Shown: piece after piece, positions 41,376 through 51,017 of the stretch
Numbering within the stretch: the stretch's first letter is position 1
How the letters are laid out: every line of letters starts with the position of its first letter
From: Limnochordia bacterium
GTDB lineage: Bacteria > Bacillota > Limnochordia > DTU080
Direction: 5' to 3'
Assembly (NCBI GenBank): GCA_050951545.1
Contig: JBMNJG010000006.1
Coordinates: 96,001-160,000, forward strand
Length of the DNA stretch: 64,000 bases
Translations under genes and position numbers: made by a program
Notes under the pieces: model-generated
Database searches by the model: none
What the model was told of the DNA's origin: nothing
What the model saw: only the letters and a program-made list of their open reading frames with translations

Positions 41376-42464
41376 ATGCCATCCTACGACAACGGTCTGC
41401 ACGAGAGGCCAGAAGTGATCGAGCGAGTGATGAATGACAAGCAGCGGCTAGTCAAAACGGAAACGGAGGATTTCCTCAGATCGCTGGCCGCACAGTGGAT
41501 CGACTCTGGGCAGAGGTTGTGGAACCGTGACTACAGCTCACCGGAGAGATACCTCACGTCCGTAGAACCAAACCGAGACCGCTGGCTGGCAGCAGTCGGA
41601 GATCCCTCAAGTCTTGAGTTACCAGCACCCCAGGGCGAAGTCACCTGGGAGCCATTCATTGAGGACGACGAGGTGATCGCCCAATGGCTGATTCTGCCAG
41701 TCGCTGGTAGCTTGCGGGCACATGGTGTACTGGCCCTCCCCAAGGGTGCTTCAGGCAAAGTGCCTTTGGTTATAGCTCAACATGGCATCGGGAGCTCGCC
41801 CGAAACAGTGATGGGGCTTACAGGTAGCAATGGGGCCTACCATTCGTACGGCCGCCAACTACTGAGGCATGGTTTCGCTGTTTTGGCCCCCAGGAATGTC
41901 TGTGGCGCACCGCCGCGCAATCGTCTGGAACGTCTCTGCAAGATGCTCGGCATCACCTTGTGGGGGCTCGAGATATTCAAGATCCGTCGCCTGCTCGACA
42001 CAGTCTTGGCGATGCCCGAAATCGATGCGAACCGTGTCGGCATGTGGGGCATAAGTCTCGGTGGTGCCTACACGATGTTCACTGTGCCGCTTGAACCACG
42101 TATCGGGGCGGCAATCTGTTGCGCTTGGTTTAACGATCGCTACAGGAAAATGGTAGTCGACGATCCGCGTTACAGCTGCTTTCTATCGGTCGATACGGAG
42201 TACGTATTCATCCCGCGCTGGCTAGCCGAATTCCATGATGAGAATCTGGCCTCCCTGGTATGCCCAAGGCCCTTGCAGGTACAGGCCGGCAAGGCCGATA
42301 GCATTGCCTGGTGGCCATATGCGATTGAGACTTTTAACCGGGCACGTGAGCACTATAGCCGACTAGGCATACCCGAGGCCATCGAACTGGATCTGCATGA
42401 AGGCGGACACGAAACCCGGGTGGATACGGGAATAGCCTTTCTTGAGCGTTGGCTGAAGAGCTAG
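41376..42464 (+). CDS. Alpha/beta hydrolase (dienelactone hydrolase / esterase-like)
   Basis: HG oxyanion motif, nucleophile GISLGG, AGKAD, HEGGH; RBS AGGAGGT before 41376. Confidence 0.85.
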   Translation: MPSYDNGLHERPEVIERVMNDKQRLVKTETEDFLRSLAAQWIDSGQRLWNRDYSSPERYLTSVEPNRDRWLAAVGDPSSLELPAPQGEVTWEPFIEDDEVIAQWLILPVAGSLRAHGVLALPKGASGKVPLVIAQHGIGSSPETVMGLTGSNGAYHSYGRQLLRHGFAVLAPRNVCGAPPRNRLERLCKMLGITLWGLEIFKIRRLLDTVLAMPEIDANRVGMWGISLGGAYTMFTVPLEPRIGAAICCAWFNDRYRKMVVDDPRYSCFLSVDTEYVFIPRWLAEFHDENLASLVCPRPLQVQAGKADSIAWWPYAIETFNRAREHYSRLGIPEAIELDLHEGGHETRVDTGIAFLERWLKS

Positions 42465-42508
42465 AAGAAGCCTAAATCAGCGATTTCCGTGCGGTAACCG
42501 CATCAGGT

Positions 42509-43381
42509 CTAGCAGTTGCGCAGTCGCCGCCACGCTGCAGCTAGCCTCTCCACGATCTCATGGTTCTGCACAAGAAGCTCCTGCTGGTCTAGATTCTTCG
42601 AAGCGCGGGGACCGTAGACCTCCATCGTGTAATAGCCTGAGTAGCCGCACGCAGATAGCGAGCCCATGATCTGATCCCAGTTTAGTGCACCATCTCCGGG
42701 TACCGCATGCAGGTGCTTCTGGCCTTCATCATCTGCGAGATGCACGGCCCATAGCTGCGAGCCGGCCTGTTCGATTTGCGCAGCCGCGTCGAGGCCGTTG
42801 TAGCTCGCATGCACAGTATCCACACACAGTCCCAGATGATCGCATTGCAGGCGCTCGATCACCTGCTGCAGCTCGCTGATGTTACCACCCGCACGCAAGT
42901 CACGTGTCGGCTGGTTCTCTAGAGCCAAGCGCACGTCCAGCGCTGTAGCCAGATCCCCTAGTTCCGCTAGGCTTCTGGTGCTTTGTCGGTTTCTTCTTTC
43001 CCAGTCAGCCACATCGACAGCCACTGCGTAGCTATTCGGGTGTATCACCAGCAGACTCACGTCTTGCTCGGCGCAGCTTTCCAGATAAGACGCCAGAAGG
43101 CTACACACATCACGCCGCGTACGCTCATCTGGATGACTGATATCCAGACCGATAAACGGAAGATGCACAGAAGTGACTTTGATCTGCTCGCTGGCGGCCG
43201 CTTGCACCGCTGTGGCAACGCTAGCAGGTTCTGAAAGATGCTGGTAGCCTAACTCCACACACGTAAAGCCACCACTGCGAATCACGCCTAGGGCTTCCTT
43301 CAATGGCAACGCACGAGCAATGGCGGTCGACACAGCCGCCGCTTGCACTTCTCGACACGCTGAGACAGATATGCTTCTCAC
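42509..43381 (-). CDS. Sugar phosphate isomerase/epimerase (xylose isomerase-like TIM barrel)
   Basis: SVHLP, LALEN, VDTVH, VHLAD, H..PGDG, TMEV. Confidence 0.88.
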   Translation of the reverse strand: MRSISVSACREVQAAAVSTAIARALPLKEALGVIRSGGFTCVELGYQHLSEPASVATAVQAAASEQIKVTSVHLPFIGLDISHPDERTRRDVCSLLASYLESCAEQDVSLLVIHPNSYAVAVDVADWERRNRQSTRSLAELGDLATALDVRLALENQPTRDLRAGGNISELQQVIERLQCDHLGLCVDTVHASYNGLDAAAQIEQAGSQLWAVHLADDEGQKHLHAVPGDGALNWDQIMGSLSACGYSGYYTMEVYGPRASKNLDQQELLVQNHEIVERLAAAWRRLRNC

Positions 43382-43400
43382 CCCGTTCCAGTACTACGAG

Positions 43401-44657
43401 TCAGTGCCATGGAAAAGCTTGTCGCCTGTACACCTGCTTCCCCCAGTCCAGGTCTTGGCGCATAAGGAAGGCCCCTCCTCCACGCCAGTGGCCGCCCGCG
43501 AGCAGATGGTCAATCAGCGCCCGGCGCAGCGTGGTGTCCCGCGGCGCACGAGTGAGATCATCGGGAACGTAGCCGAAAACCCGTCGTAGTGCCTCCTGGC
43601 CCCCCGATCTGATGGGCAACAGGTAGAACTCGGAAAGGAAGCGGACTAAGTTCGCATTGGGAGGGAGTAGTGTCTCTAGTTGCAGGTCCAGAAGCCATGA
43701 ACCAGCAGCGTAGGCACGGAAATCGAACTCCGGAAAGTGCCGAGGAAAAAAGACCAGCGAGTGCTGAAATGACTCACCACATTGGTCGAAATCAAGTCTG
43801 CTACCCGCAGGGATGTGAAGCTGTAGCACCGCGTCCCCCGGTGCCAACACTTGTTCCCATTCCTTCCAGGGCAGCCAAACCTCGTCACATAGAGCACGAC
43901 CCACTGGAAGTATGGGATTGCCTCGCACCCCGTCTTCCTTGAGCTCCAGTGAGGATTCCCAAACACCGATGGTCTCTGTCACCCCACCAGCACCGTTTCT
44001 CTGGCCATCCCTGCGATAGCTCAGCCCGCCCTCAGATAGGGCCACCACTGTTCCCTGCTGGCGATGCCGGAAGGCACGCACGTGGCCGTGATAGGAGCCT
44101 AGTTGAAACTGCAGCCGTCCCAGTTGGAAGATCTCGCACCGCAGATGGTTGGTCAGCCAGTTAAGGTTGCCTAGTGCGAGACCCCATGTGCCGTGCCTCT
44201 CATGATGCACCACTGCCCAGCGCCCTACATCGGCCAAGGTATCGCTGACCACGTTGCCTGGAATCGAGTGCCGCGTGTAAAGATCCCGAACGTGGGGGAT
44301 CCCAGCAAGCACCGTGAGCAGGTAGAATTCCTCCGACTCCCCAGGCAGAACATGGGCCACAGAGGGCCAATCAGCGATAGCTGAGCGCGGGTAGGCGGTA
44401 CTGCATAGGCAGTGTTGGAAATGCCATGCGAGAGCGCTGAGCGCTGGGCTCGCCGCCACGTACTGGGCAGTAGCCACCACTGCCTCGACAGCCATCGGAG
44501 GCATGTCCGCTTGACGACATGCATCTGCCAGGTAGGCTGGCCGCAGAAAGAAGAGGTCACCCGCGGGCAGTGATGCCTGCGAGCCCTCCCACTCTCGAGA
44601 CAAGATATCTTGGCTCTGATCCAGCTGCAGAGATGCAACTACGTCAACCAACTGCAC
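43401..44657 (-). CDS. Acyltransferase-domain protein (glycopeptide N-acyltransferase/GNAT-like C-terminal domain)
   Basis: LGRLQF, LHIPAG, SWLLD, T.L.RA motifs; GTG start after GGAGGT. Confidence 0.7.
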   Translation of the reverse strand: MQLVDVVASLQLDQSQDILSREWEGSQASLPAGDLFFLRPAYLADACRQADMPPMAVEAVVATAQYVAASPALSALAWHFQHCLCSTAYPRSAIADWPSVAHVLPGESEEFYLLTVLAGIPHVRDLYTRHSIPGNVVSDTLADVGRWAVVHHERHGTWGLALGNLNWLTNHLRCEIFQLGRLQFQLGSYHGHVRAFRHRQQGTVVALSEGGLSYRRDGQRNGAGGVTETIGVWESSLELKEDGVRGNPILPVGRALCDEVWLPWKEWEQVLAPGDAVLQLHIPAGSRLDFDQCGESFQHSLVFFPRHFPEFDFRAYAAGSWLLDLQLETLLPPNANLVRFLSEFYLLPIRSGGQEALRRVFGYVPDDLTRAPRDTTLRRALIDHLLAGGHWRGGGAFLMRQDLDWGKQVYRRQAFPWH

Positions 44658-44851
44658 ATTCTCTACCTCCCAGCATAGAGCTGCTTGACGCGGTACGATG
44701 CGGCAAGGCTTGTAACCTAGCTGCATCGCGCCCGCCAATCACGTACAGTGGTTCTCGGTCTTGGCACAGATACCTGCGACAAAGACGGCTCCTAGAGCCT
44801 GCTCTAACGCAGTGCGCACCGCTGGTGAGTTGAACGTTGCCTGGACAGGCT

Positions 44852-44899
44852 GCATCGGTCGCTTTCTACCAAATCACGGGATGTAACCGGCCTGTGCAC
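44852..44899 (-). repeat. Left imperfect inverted-repeat end (copy of the 40-bp core motif)
   Basis: reverse complement GTGCACAGGCCGGTTACATCCCGTGATTTGGTAGAAAGCGACCGATGC matches 46912-46959 at 35/48 positions (hand alignment). Confidence 0.7.
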
Positions 44900-45045
44900 C
44901 GACCCGCCACGGTGATCCCGCGCCAACGAGTGCCTTGTCTACACAGATGCCGTGCGCACCTTGCCGTGGTGCTAGCTTCAGTGAAGCAGATAGGGCTGCG
45001 CTAGCTCACAGTGGGCTCATGCCGATTCTCGTCATGAGTCAAGTG

Positions 45046-45372
45046 GGGGTCGGTTACATCGCCCAAATCGGCAAGAAGGGGGCGATGCTCACTGGTTTCA
45101 CTTCCGTCAGTCCCGCACCCGGCTGGTGAGTCGGGGCCCGGGGTCGGTTACATCGCCCAAATCGGCAAGAAGGGGGCGATGCTCACTGGTTTCACTTCCG
45201 TCAGTCCCGCACCCGGCTGGTGAGTCGGGGCCCGGGGTCGGTTACATCGCCCAAATCGGCAAGAAAGGGGCGATGCTCACTGGTTTCACTTCCGTCAGTC
45301 CCGGACCCGGCTGGTGAGTCGGGGCCCGGGGTCGGTTACATCACCCAAATCGGCAAGAAGGGGGCGATGCTC
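45046..45372 (+). repeat. Non-coding tandem repeat, 94-bp unit x ~3.5
   Basis: units start at 45046, 45140, 45234, 45328; near-identical; each carries CATCGCCC-N15-GGGCGATG. Confidence 0.95.
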
Positions 45373-45658
45373 CAGTTTCATCTTCGATCACAGGAGGCCG
45401 ACCAGGCGACGAGGCAAGTTCTGGGCAAGGCAAGATGGCTATTGAGCGGAACATTGTGATTTCGAGGCGGTTACAGCCGGAAGCGGGGCGCCCGTTGGCG
45501 CACCACGGGTCTGCTATTGTCACGACTTGTGCCGAGGGCACCTGGCGAGGGCATAGGGGCACCCGCTCTAGCGAGCGGCAGCGAGAGGTTGCTGAGACCC
45601 CCATTGGTGAAGGGGGACAGATGATTCGAGGCTATGGCGCACTCTTGACTGTCGTTGG

Positions 45659-46688
45659 CTATTCGTTGGCGGCGTCACTGGTGGGCGCCCAGCCACCCTT
45701 AGCCGTCTCGCGGTAGAATCGACTCCTCAGATCGAGGTACCTGAGGAGTTTCTTGTTAAGGTCGCTTCGCAACGGCAGCAGTTGGCCAGCCTTGAACTTC
45801 ATGGTGAGCCAGGACAGGTCCTTGGCATGGATCACAACCAACGTGACGTTGTTCTTCTCACACAATTCACGCTTGGTCTTGTCACGTTCCATCTGCTTAG
45901 CCACCACGTCAGCCGAGAACCGTTTGGTAGGGGTGTAGTGTTGTGGCCCGTTAAACTCAAAAGCCACCGCCTCGAGGTCATAGTGGCGGTCGAGCTCCAG
46001 TAACATGCCAGTAGCCGGGTTGACGAGAAAACGGGGAGACGCGTTGTCCTTATGGTCATCGGAGTCGAAAATAGCCGATAGGTATTCCTGCATCAAGGCC
46101 TGTCCGAAGAACTCAGCCTCGTCGAGTCGCTGCTGCGCCGCTAGCAGTTCATCCATGTACTTGCGGGCGACCGGGTTACAGAGGCTGAAGTAAATGGGAG
46201 CCTGCTTGTGCTCTTGCTGCATCTCCAGCCAGCCCAGCTTCGCCAGTTGTCGAGCGGCCCGCTTGACCGTCTTGGCGTCTAGACTCATCATCCGGGACAC
46301 AGATGCATATGTGAACACGCCCTGCAGATTACGGTAATCCGAGCGTGGCCTGCAGTGCACCATAGACCACCTTGGCCTGAGCACTGACCTCCGTGGCGAT
46401 GATCAGCTCAGTAGGCATGACCACCCTTGGCCCCGACAGCTCTCTTGCTGGGGCCTGGTTGACGCCTGTGGGCAGATTGTACCAGCCCTCAGTGGTTAGC
46501 TTTGCCGTAGCCTTGCGGACGGTGGGTCGGGACAAACCGGTACGAGCAGCCAAGCGAGTGGGCGACAGACGAGCTCGCTGCCCCAATTCAGCGTCGAGTG
46601 TGAGGGCCAGCCAGACTACCTTATCCGTCGCTCTTAACTGGCTAGTGAGCAGCAACGAGATCGGCACGCGAACCTCTTCGATATCCAA
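45659..46688 (-). pseudogene. Frameshifted gene: two winged-HTH-like domains plus C-terminal Vsr/DUF559-like PD-(D/E)XK nuclease (~342 aa if repaired)
   Basis: TTG start after GGAGGT; SPTRLAARTGLSRPTVRKA and TYASVSRMMSLDAKTVKRA HTHs; LELDRHY..AFEFNGPQHY..RDKTKRELC nuclease motif; one extra base near 46342 splits the frame. Confidence 0.75.
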
Positions 46689-46911
46689 GGGTGCCACCTC
46701 CAGCCAGAATGTCTGTTCGATGCACACCCTTTCGACGTACGTCAGTAAGGTTCCTTCATCAAAAGGTCGATTCAGACAAAACCAGAGGCGGCGTGCACCC
46801 AGCTCTTGAAAGCGAGGCGCGATGGCACGTTTTCCGGTCGTGATGGGCGCATCTGGGTAGGACAGTGCTAGCCCGCCGCGGTGACCAGTGCCGTCCTGCC
46901 AAAGCAGACCC

Positions 46912-46961
46912 GTGCACACACCGGTTACATCACCCAATTCGGCAAGAGACGGCCGATGCTC
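46912..46961 (+). repeat. Right imperfect inverted-repeat end (copy of the 40-bp core motif)
   Basis: CGGTTACATCACCCAATTCGGCAAGAGACGGCCGATGCTC is 35/40 identical to the core of the fourth tandem unit. Confidence 0.8.
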
Positions 46962-46969
46962 GCCCGACC

Positions 46970-48067
46970 CTACGGACGGCTCCCCGCCCCGAACACTTGC
47001 AGATGCCGGGGCCGCACAAAGACCGCCTCGCCTATCTTGAGCCCTAGACGGCGATAGTGTTCCTTGGTCAGCCGGGCCTCCAACACCTCGCCTGTCGTCT
47101 GGCGGCGCAAATCGACGTGCACCACCGGACCCACGCATTGCACGTGTTGCACCACAACCTCCAAGGCATCCCCTGCTGCCTCTCGCCGGAGCTCCATATC
47201 GTGAGGGCGCACATAGCCGACTGCCTTTCTCTCTAGGGCGACCTCTCTGAGACTGTCACCGAACTCCCCCTGCTGTCCGTTGAACGCTCCTACATCACCC
47301 GCGTCCCAGCAGAAACATCCCTTGTCGACGCGACCGTGAAACAGGTTTACACTGCCCAGAAAGCGGCATACAAAGGGATTCGCCGGATGCTCATACACCT
47401 GTTCGGGCGAGCCAATCTGCTCAATGCGGCCTTCATTCATAATCACCACGCGATCTGCCACCTCAAGAGCTTCCTCCTGGTCATGTGTAACAAACAGGCT
47501 GGTGATCTGGATCTCATCATGTAGGCGACGTAGCCAACGTCGCAACTCCTGACGCACAGTGGCATCCAACGCCCCAAAGGGCTCATCTAATAAGAGCACC
47601 CGGGGTTCGATCGCTAAGGCTCGGGCCAGGGCGACTCGCTGGCGCTGTCCGCCGGAAAGCTGCCACGGGTAACGTTTTGCCATTCCCTCCAGCTGTACCA
47701 ACTGCAGGAGGCTGTTTACCCGTTGGTTTATCTCGTCCTGCGAGGGTCGGTGTGGGCGTGGTCTCACCCGCAGTCCAAAGGCCACATTCTCAAAGACGCT
47801 CATGTGGCGAAAGAGCGCGTAGTGCTGAAAGACGAAGCCCACGCGGCGCTCGCGAGCACTGCGCAGAGTGGCGTCTCGTCCGTCAAACAGAAGAGAGCCA
47901 GAGTCTGGGCTCTCCAGGCCAGCGATAATGCGCAACAACGTGGTCTTTCCCGAGCCCGAGGGACCTAGCAAAGCTACTAGCTCCCCTAAGGGTACCCGCA
48001 TACTTACGTCGTCCAAGGCGGCAAAGCAGCCAAAGCGCTTCGAAATACTGCATACCTCGATGCTCAC
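46970..48067 (-). CDS. cysA: Sulfate/thiosulfate ABC transporter ATP-binding protein
   Basis: [38 protein letters not shown]-terminal TOBE region. Confidence 0.95.
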   Translation of the reverse strand: MSIEVCSISKRFGCFAALDDVSMRVPLGELVALLGPSGSGKTTLLRIIAGLESPDSGSLLFDGRDATLRSARERRVGFVFQHYALFRHMSVFENVAFGLRVRPRPHRPSQDEINQRVNSLLQLVQLEGMAKRYPWQLSGGQRQRVALARALAIEPRVLLLDEPFGALDATVRQELRRWLRRLHDEIQITSLFVTHDQEEALEVADRVVIMNEGRIEQIGSPEQVYEHPANPFVCRFLGSVNLFHGRVDKGCFCWDAGDVGAFNGQQGEFGDSLREVALERKAVGYVRPHDMELRREAAGDALEVVVQHVQCVGPVVHVDLRRQTTGEVLEARLTKEHYRRLGLKIGEAVFVRPRHLQVFGAGSRP

Positions 48068-48099
48068 CGAACAGGCCCCCCACAGTCATATAGATGGCT

Positions 48100-48930
48100 C
48101 TAGCGGTACGAGCGCCTCTCCACAAAGCGTTTGACGGCTAAGGTGACCAAGGCCAGCAGCATAAGCAGTGAAGCCACTGCAAAGGCCGCCGCGAAGCTGT
48201 ATTCGTTGTAGAGAATCTCCACGTGTAGTGGAAGTGTATTGGTCACCCCTCGAATGTGGCCCGAGACCACGGATACGGCACCAAACTCACCCATCGCCCG
48301 AGCATTGCACAAGATAGCCCCGTAGAGCAGTCCCCACTTGACATTGGGCAAGCTCACCCGCCAGAAGGTCCGCCAACCGCTAGCCCCAAGAGCCAGTGCT
48401 GCCTCCTCTTCTTCCACCCCTTGCGCCTGCATGAGCGGAATCAGCTCCCGGGCCACAAAAGGTAGCGTGACGAAGAGAGTAGTCAGCACAATACCAGGCG
48501 TGGCGAAGATGACACGCAGGCTCAGCGCGTCAAGGCAAGGTCCAAGAAGACCTCGGTTGCCCATCAGCAGCACAAACGCCAGGCCTGCAATGACTGGTGA
48601 AACAGCGAAGGGCAGATCTATCAGCGTAATTAGCACACGTTTGCCAGGAAAATCGAATTTGCCAATAGCCCAGGCCGCAGCGAGACCAAAAGCCGTGTTC
48701 AACGGGACCACGATAACCGCCACGATCAACGTAAGACGGACAGCGGCCAGGGTGTCTGAATCAGCGATGGCCGCCACATACACCCGCCAGCCAGCTGAGA
48801 ACGCTTGTGAAAAGACGATGACCAGTGGAATGACGAGAAAGAGGCTCAAGAAGATGACAGCGACCGCAACCAGTGCCCAGCGCACTGCAGGGGGCTCCAA
48901 GGCCCCACTACCAGCCCGTCTTGCCTGCAT
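48100..48930 (-). CDS. cysW: Sulfate ABC transporter permease
   Basis: DLPFAVSPV, NARAMGEFGAVSVVSGHIRG.TNTLPLHVEILYNEY. Confidence 0.95.
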   Translation of the reverse strand: MQARRAGSGALEPPAVRWALVAVAVIFLSLFLVIPLVIVFSQAFSAGWRVYVAAIADSDTLAAVRLTLIVAVIVVPLNTAFGLAAAWAIGKFDFPGKRVLITLIDLPFAVSPVIAGLAFVLLMGNRGLLGPCLDALSLRVIFATPGIVLTTLFVTLPFVARELIPLMQAQGVEEEEAALALGASGWRTFWRVSLPNVKWGLLYGAILCNARAMGEFGAVSVVSGHIRGVTNTLPLHVEILYNEYSFAAAFAVASLLMLLALVTLAVKRFVERRSYR

Positions 48931-48942
48931 GGCCCACCATCC

Positions 48943-49785
48943 TCACGACGATCGAGTGCCACAGCGGCGCATACTCCACCACTGCAACGTATTGATGGCC
49001 AGGAGTAGCACAAACGAGATCAGGAGCATAACCACCCCAATAGCAGTCGCGCCAGCGTAGTCAAACTGCTCCATCTTGGTCATGATCAGCAGGGGAACGA
49101 TCTCGGTTCGCATCGGCATGTTGCCCGAGATGAAGACCACCGTGCCGTACTCACCTAGTGCCCTGGCCAGCGACAATGCAAAGCCCGTGAGCACTGCGGG
49201 CACTACCGTCGGCAGAATGACCCGCCAGAACACCTGCCAGCGACTTGCCCCAAGCGTAGTGGCTGCTTCTTCCGTATCGGAGTCTAGGTCCTGCAACACA
49301 GGCTGCACAGTGCGCACAACAAAGGGCAACCCAATGAACGTCAGTGCGATAACCACACCCAAAGGGGTGTATACTGCCTGCACTCCCAGGGGGCGGACAA
49401 GCCGTCCAAGGGGACCTGAGGGGGTCCAAGCCGTGGTCAAGGCCACGCCACCAACGGCTGTCGGCAAGGCGAAGGGCAGATCCACAAGACTGTCCATCAC
49501 GCTCTTTCCTGCAAAATCGTAACGCACGAGAACCCAAGCCACCAACAGCCCAAACAGGGCATTCAGGCAGGCACTGGCACCAGCAGCGACCAGACTGAGC
49601 CGATAGGCGGTCACCACGCGAGGGGCACTCACCGCAGCCCAGAAAGCCGTCCAACCCATACCTGCAGCCCTGATGAAGACGACTACGATCGGAATCAGCA
49701 CCAGTAGGCTGACATAGAGCATGGTCAGACCTAATGTCAGACCAAATCCCGGCAGCGATCTGCGTTCACGAGCCACAGTCCACAT
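48943..49785 (-). CDS. cysT: Sulfate ABC transporter permease
   Basis: LPGFGLTLG, DLPFALPTAV, PFVVRTVQPVL, ALGEYG; start moved to MWTVAR. Confidence 0.95.
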   Translation of the reverse strand: MWTVARERRSLPGFGLTLGLTMLYVSLLVLIPIVVVFIRAAGMGWTAFWAAVSAPRVVTAYRLSLVAAGASACLNALFGLLVAWVLVRYDFAGKSVMDSLVDLPFALPTAVGGVALTTAWTPSGPLGRLVRPLGVQAVYTPLGVVIALTFIGLPFVVRTVQPVLQDLDSDTEEAATTLGASRWQVFWRVILPTVVPAVLTGFALSLARALGEYGTVVFISGNMPMRTEIVPLLIMTKMEQFDYAGATAIGVVMLLISFVLLLAINTLQWWSMRRCGTRSS

Positions 49786-49816
49786 CACTCCCTGTGGGTC
49801 TTTCCATGCCTCGCCA

Positions 49817-50830
49817 CTACTGCTGGTACATACGGTCGAACATACCACCGTCTGCAAAGTGCGTGGCCTGAGCCTTGCCCCAACCGCCGAACATCTCATC
49901 GACTGTGAACAGATCGATGGCAGGAAACTGCTGGGCATACTTGGCCTGGACCTTGGTCTGCTGGGGTCGGTAATAATGCTTGGCGGCCATCTCTTGCCCA
50001 GCGGGAGAGTACAAGTACTCCAAGTAAGCCTGAGCCACATCGCCTGTGCCATGCTTATCGACGACTGCATCGACTACAGCGACAGGCGGCTCAGCCAAGA
50101 TGCTTACCGATGGCATCACAATCTCATAGCCACCACGGCCAATGTCGCGCACAATCAGCTGCGCCTCGTTTTCCCACGCCACCAACACATCGCCCACACC
50201 ACGCTGCACAAAGGTCGTCGTCGAGCCTCGAGCACCGGAATCAAGCACAGGCACATTCCTAAAGAGCTTGGTCACAAACTCCCGGGCCTTCTCCGTGCTG
50301 CCATAGCGCCTGACAGCGTACCCCCAGGCGGCGAGGTAGTTCCAGCGCGCCCCGCCGGATGTCTTGGGGTTGGGGGTGATCACCTCCACGTCGGGGCGCG
50401 CCAGGTCATCCCAGTCGCGAATCCCCCGGGGGTTAGCCTTGCGCACCACGAAGACGATGGTCGAGGTGTAGGGGCAGCTATTGCTGGGTAGCCGAGACTG
50501 CCAGTTAGCTGGGATCAGCTTAGCCTGCGTGTGGAGAGCATCGATGTCATACGCCAAGGCTAGGGTAACCACATCAGCCTCTAGACCATCGATTACCGAG
50601 CGTGCCTGCTTGCCAGAGCCACCGTGAGACTGCCGCACCTGCAGCAGCTGCCCAGTCTCTTGCCGCCAGTGACGCACAAAGGCCGCATTAAGCTCCTGGT
50701 AGAACTCCCGAGTCGGGTCGTATGAGACGTTAAGTAACGTCACAGGTTGCTTCTTTGCCGTTCTCATCGACGACAACAGCAGCACTGGCACTGCGAGCAC
50801 GAGCACTATCCACGCCTTCCAGTGGCGCAT
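49817..50830 (-). CDS. sbp: Sulfate ABC transporter substrate-binding protein
   Basis: [39 protein letters not shown]. Confidence 0.95.
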   Translation of the reverse strand: MRHWKAWIVLVLAVPVLLLSSMRTAKKQPVTLLNVSYDPTREFYQELNAAFVRHWRQETGQLLQVRQSHGGSGKQARSVIDGLEADVVTLALAYDIDALHTQAKLIPANWQSRLPSNSCPYTSTIVFVVRKANPRGIRDWDDLARPDVEVITPNPKTSGGARWNYLAAWGYAVRRYGSTEKAREFVTKLFRNVPVLDSGARGSTTTFVQRGVGDVLVAWENEAQLIVRDIGRGGYEIVMPSVSILAEPPVAVVDAVVDKHGTGDVAQAYLEYLYSPAGQEMAAKHYYRPQQTKVQAKYAQQFPAIDLFTVDEMFGGWGKAQATHFADGGMFDRMYQQ

Positions 50831-51017
50831 GATCCATCACTCTCCGGAACTAGGAGTCAACCCCTAGATATGCGCCTCAATGACTTTTGCTCATAGGAGT
50901 GAATTCCCGTACGCCGCTCGTGCTCGTGTCAGAGCTACGAAACCCCAGCGTACGGCCATGCAGCAGGACATCACCCCCGACTACTCGAACAGCTTGAGCC
51001 AAGGAGAGATGTCCCTA

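Noticed and set aside
45046-45372. Tandem array as a second CRISPR, TIGR-like array or integron attC cluster
   Set aside because: The linkers are essentially identical rather than unique, there is no Cas or Nop-domain gene or integron integrase, and GTTACAT does not fit GTTRRRY.
44935-45459. Short ORFs with repeated GVGYIAQIGKKGAML peptide
   Set aside because: Artefact of the 94-bp tandem repeat, whose period is not divisible by 3.
46689-47138. N-terminal extension of the 269-aa ORF 46329..47138
   Set aside because: It overlaps cysA and the repeat end; the TTG at 46688 with a GGAGGT RBS is the plausible start.
48943-50070. 375-aa version of cysT
   Set aside because: The extension overlaps sbp in another frame; the real start is at about 49785.
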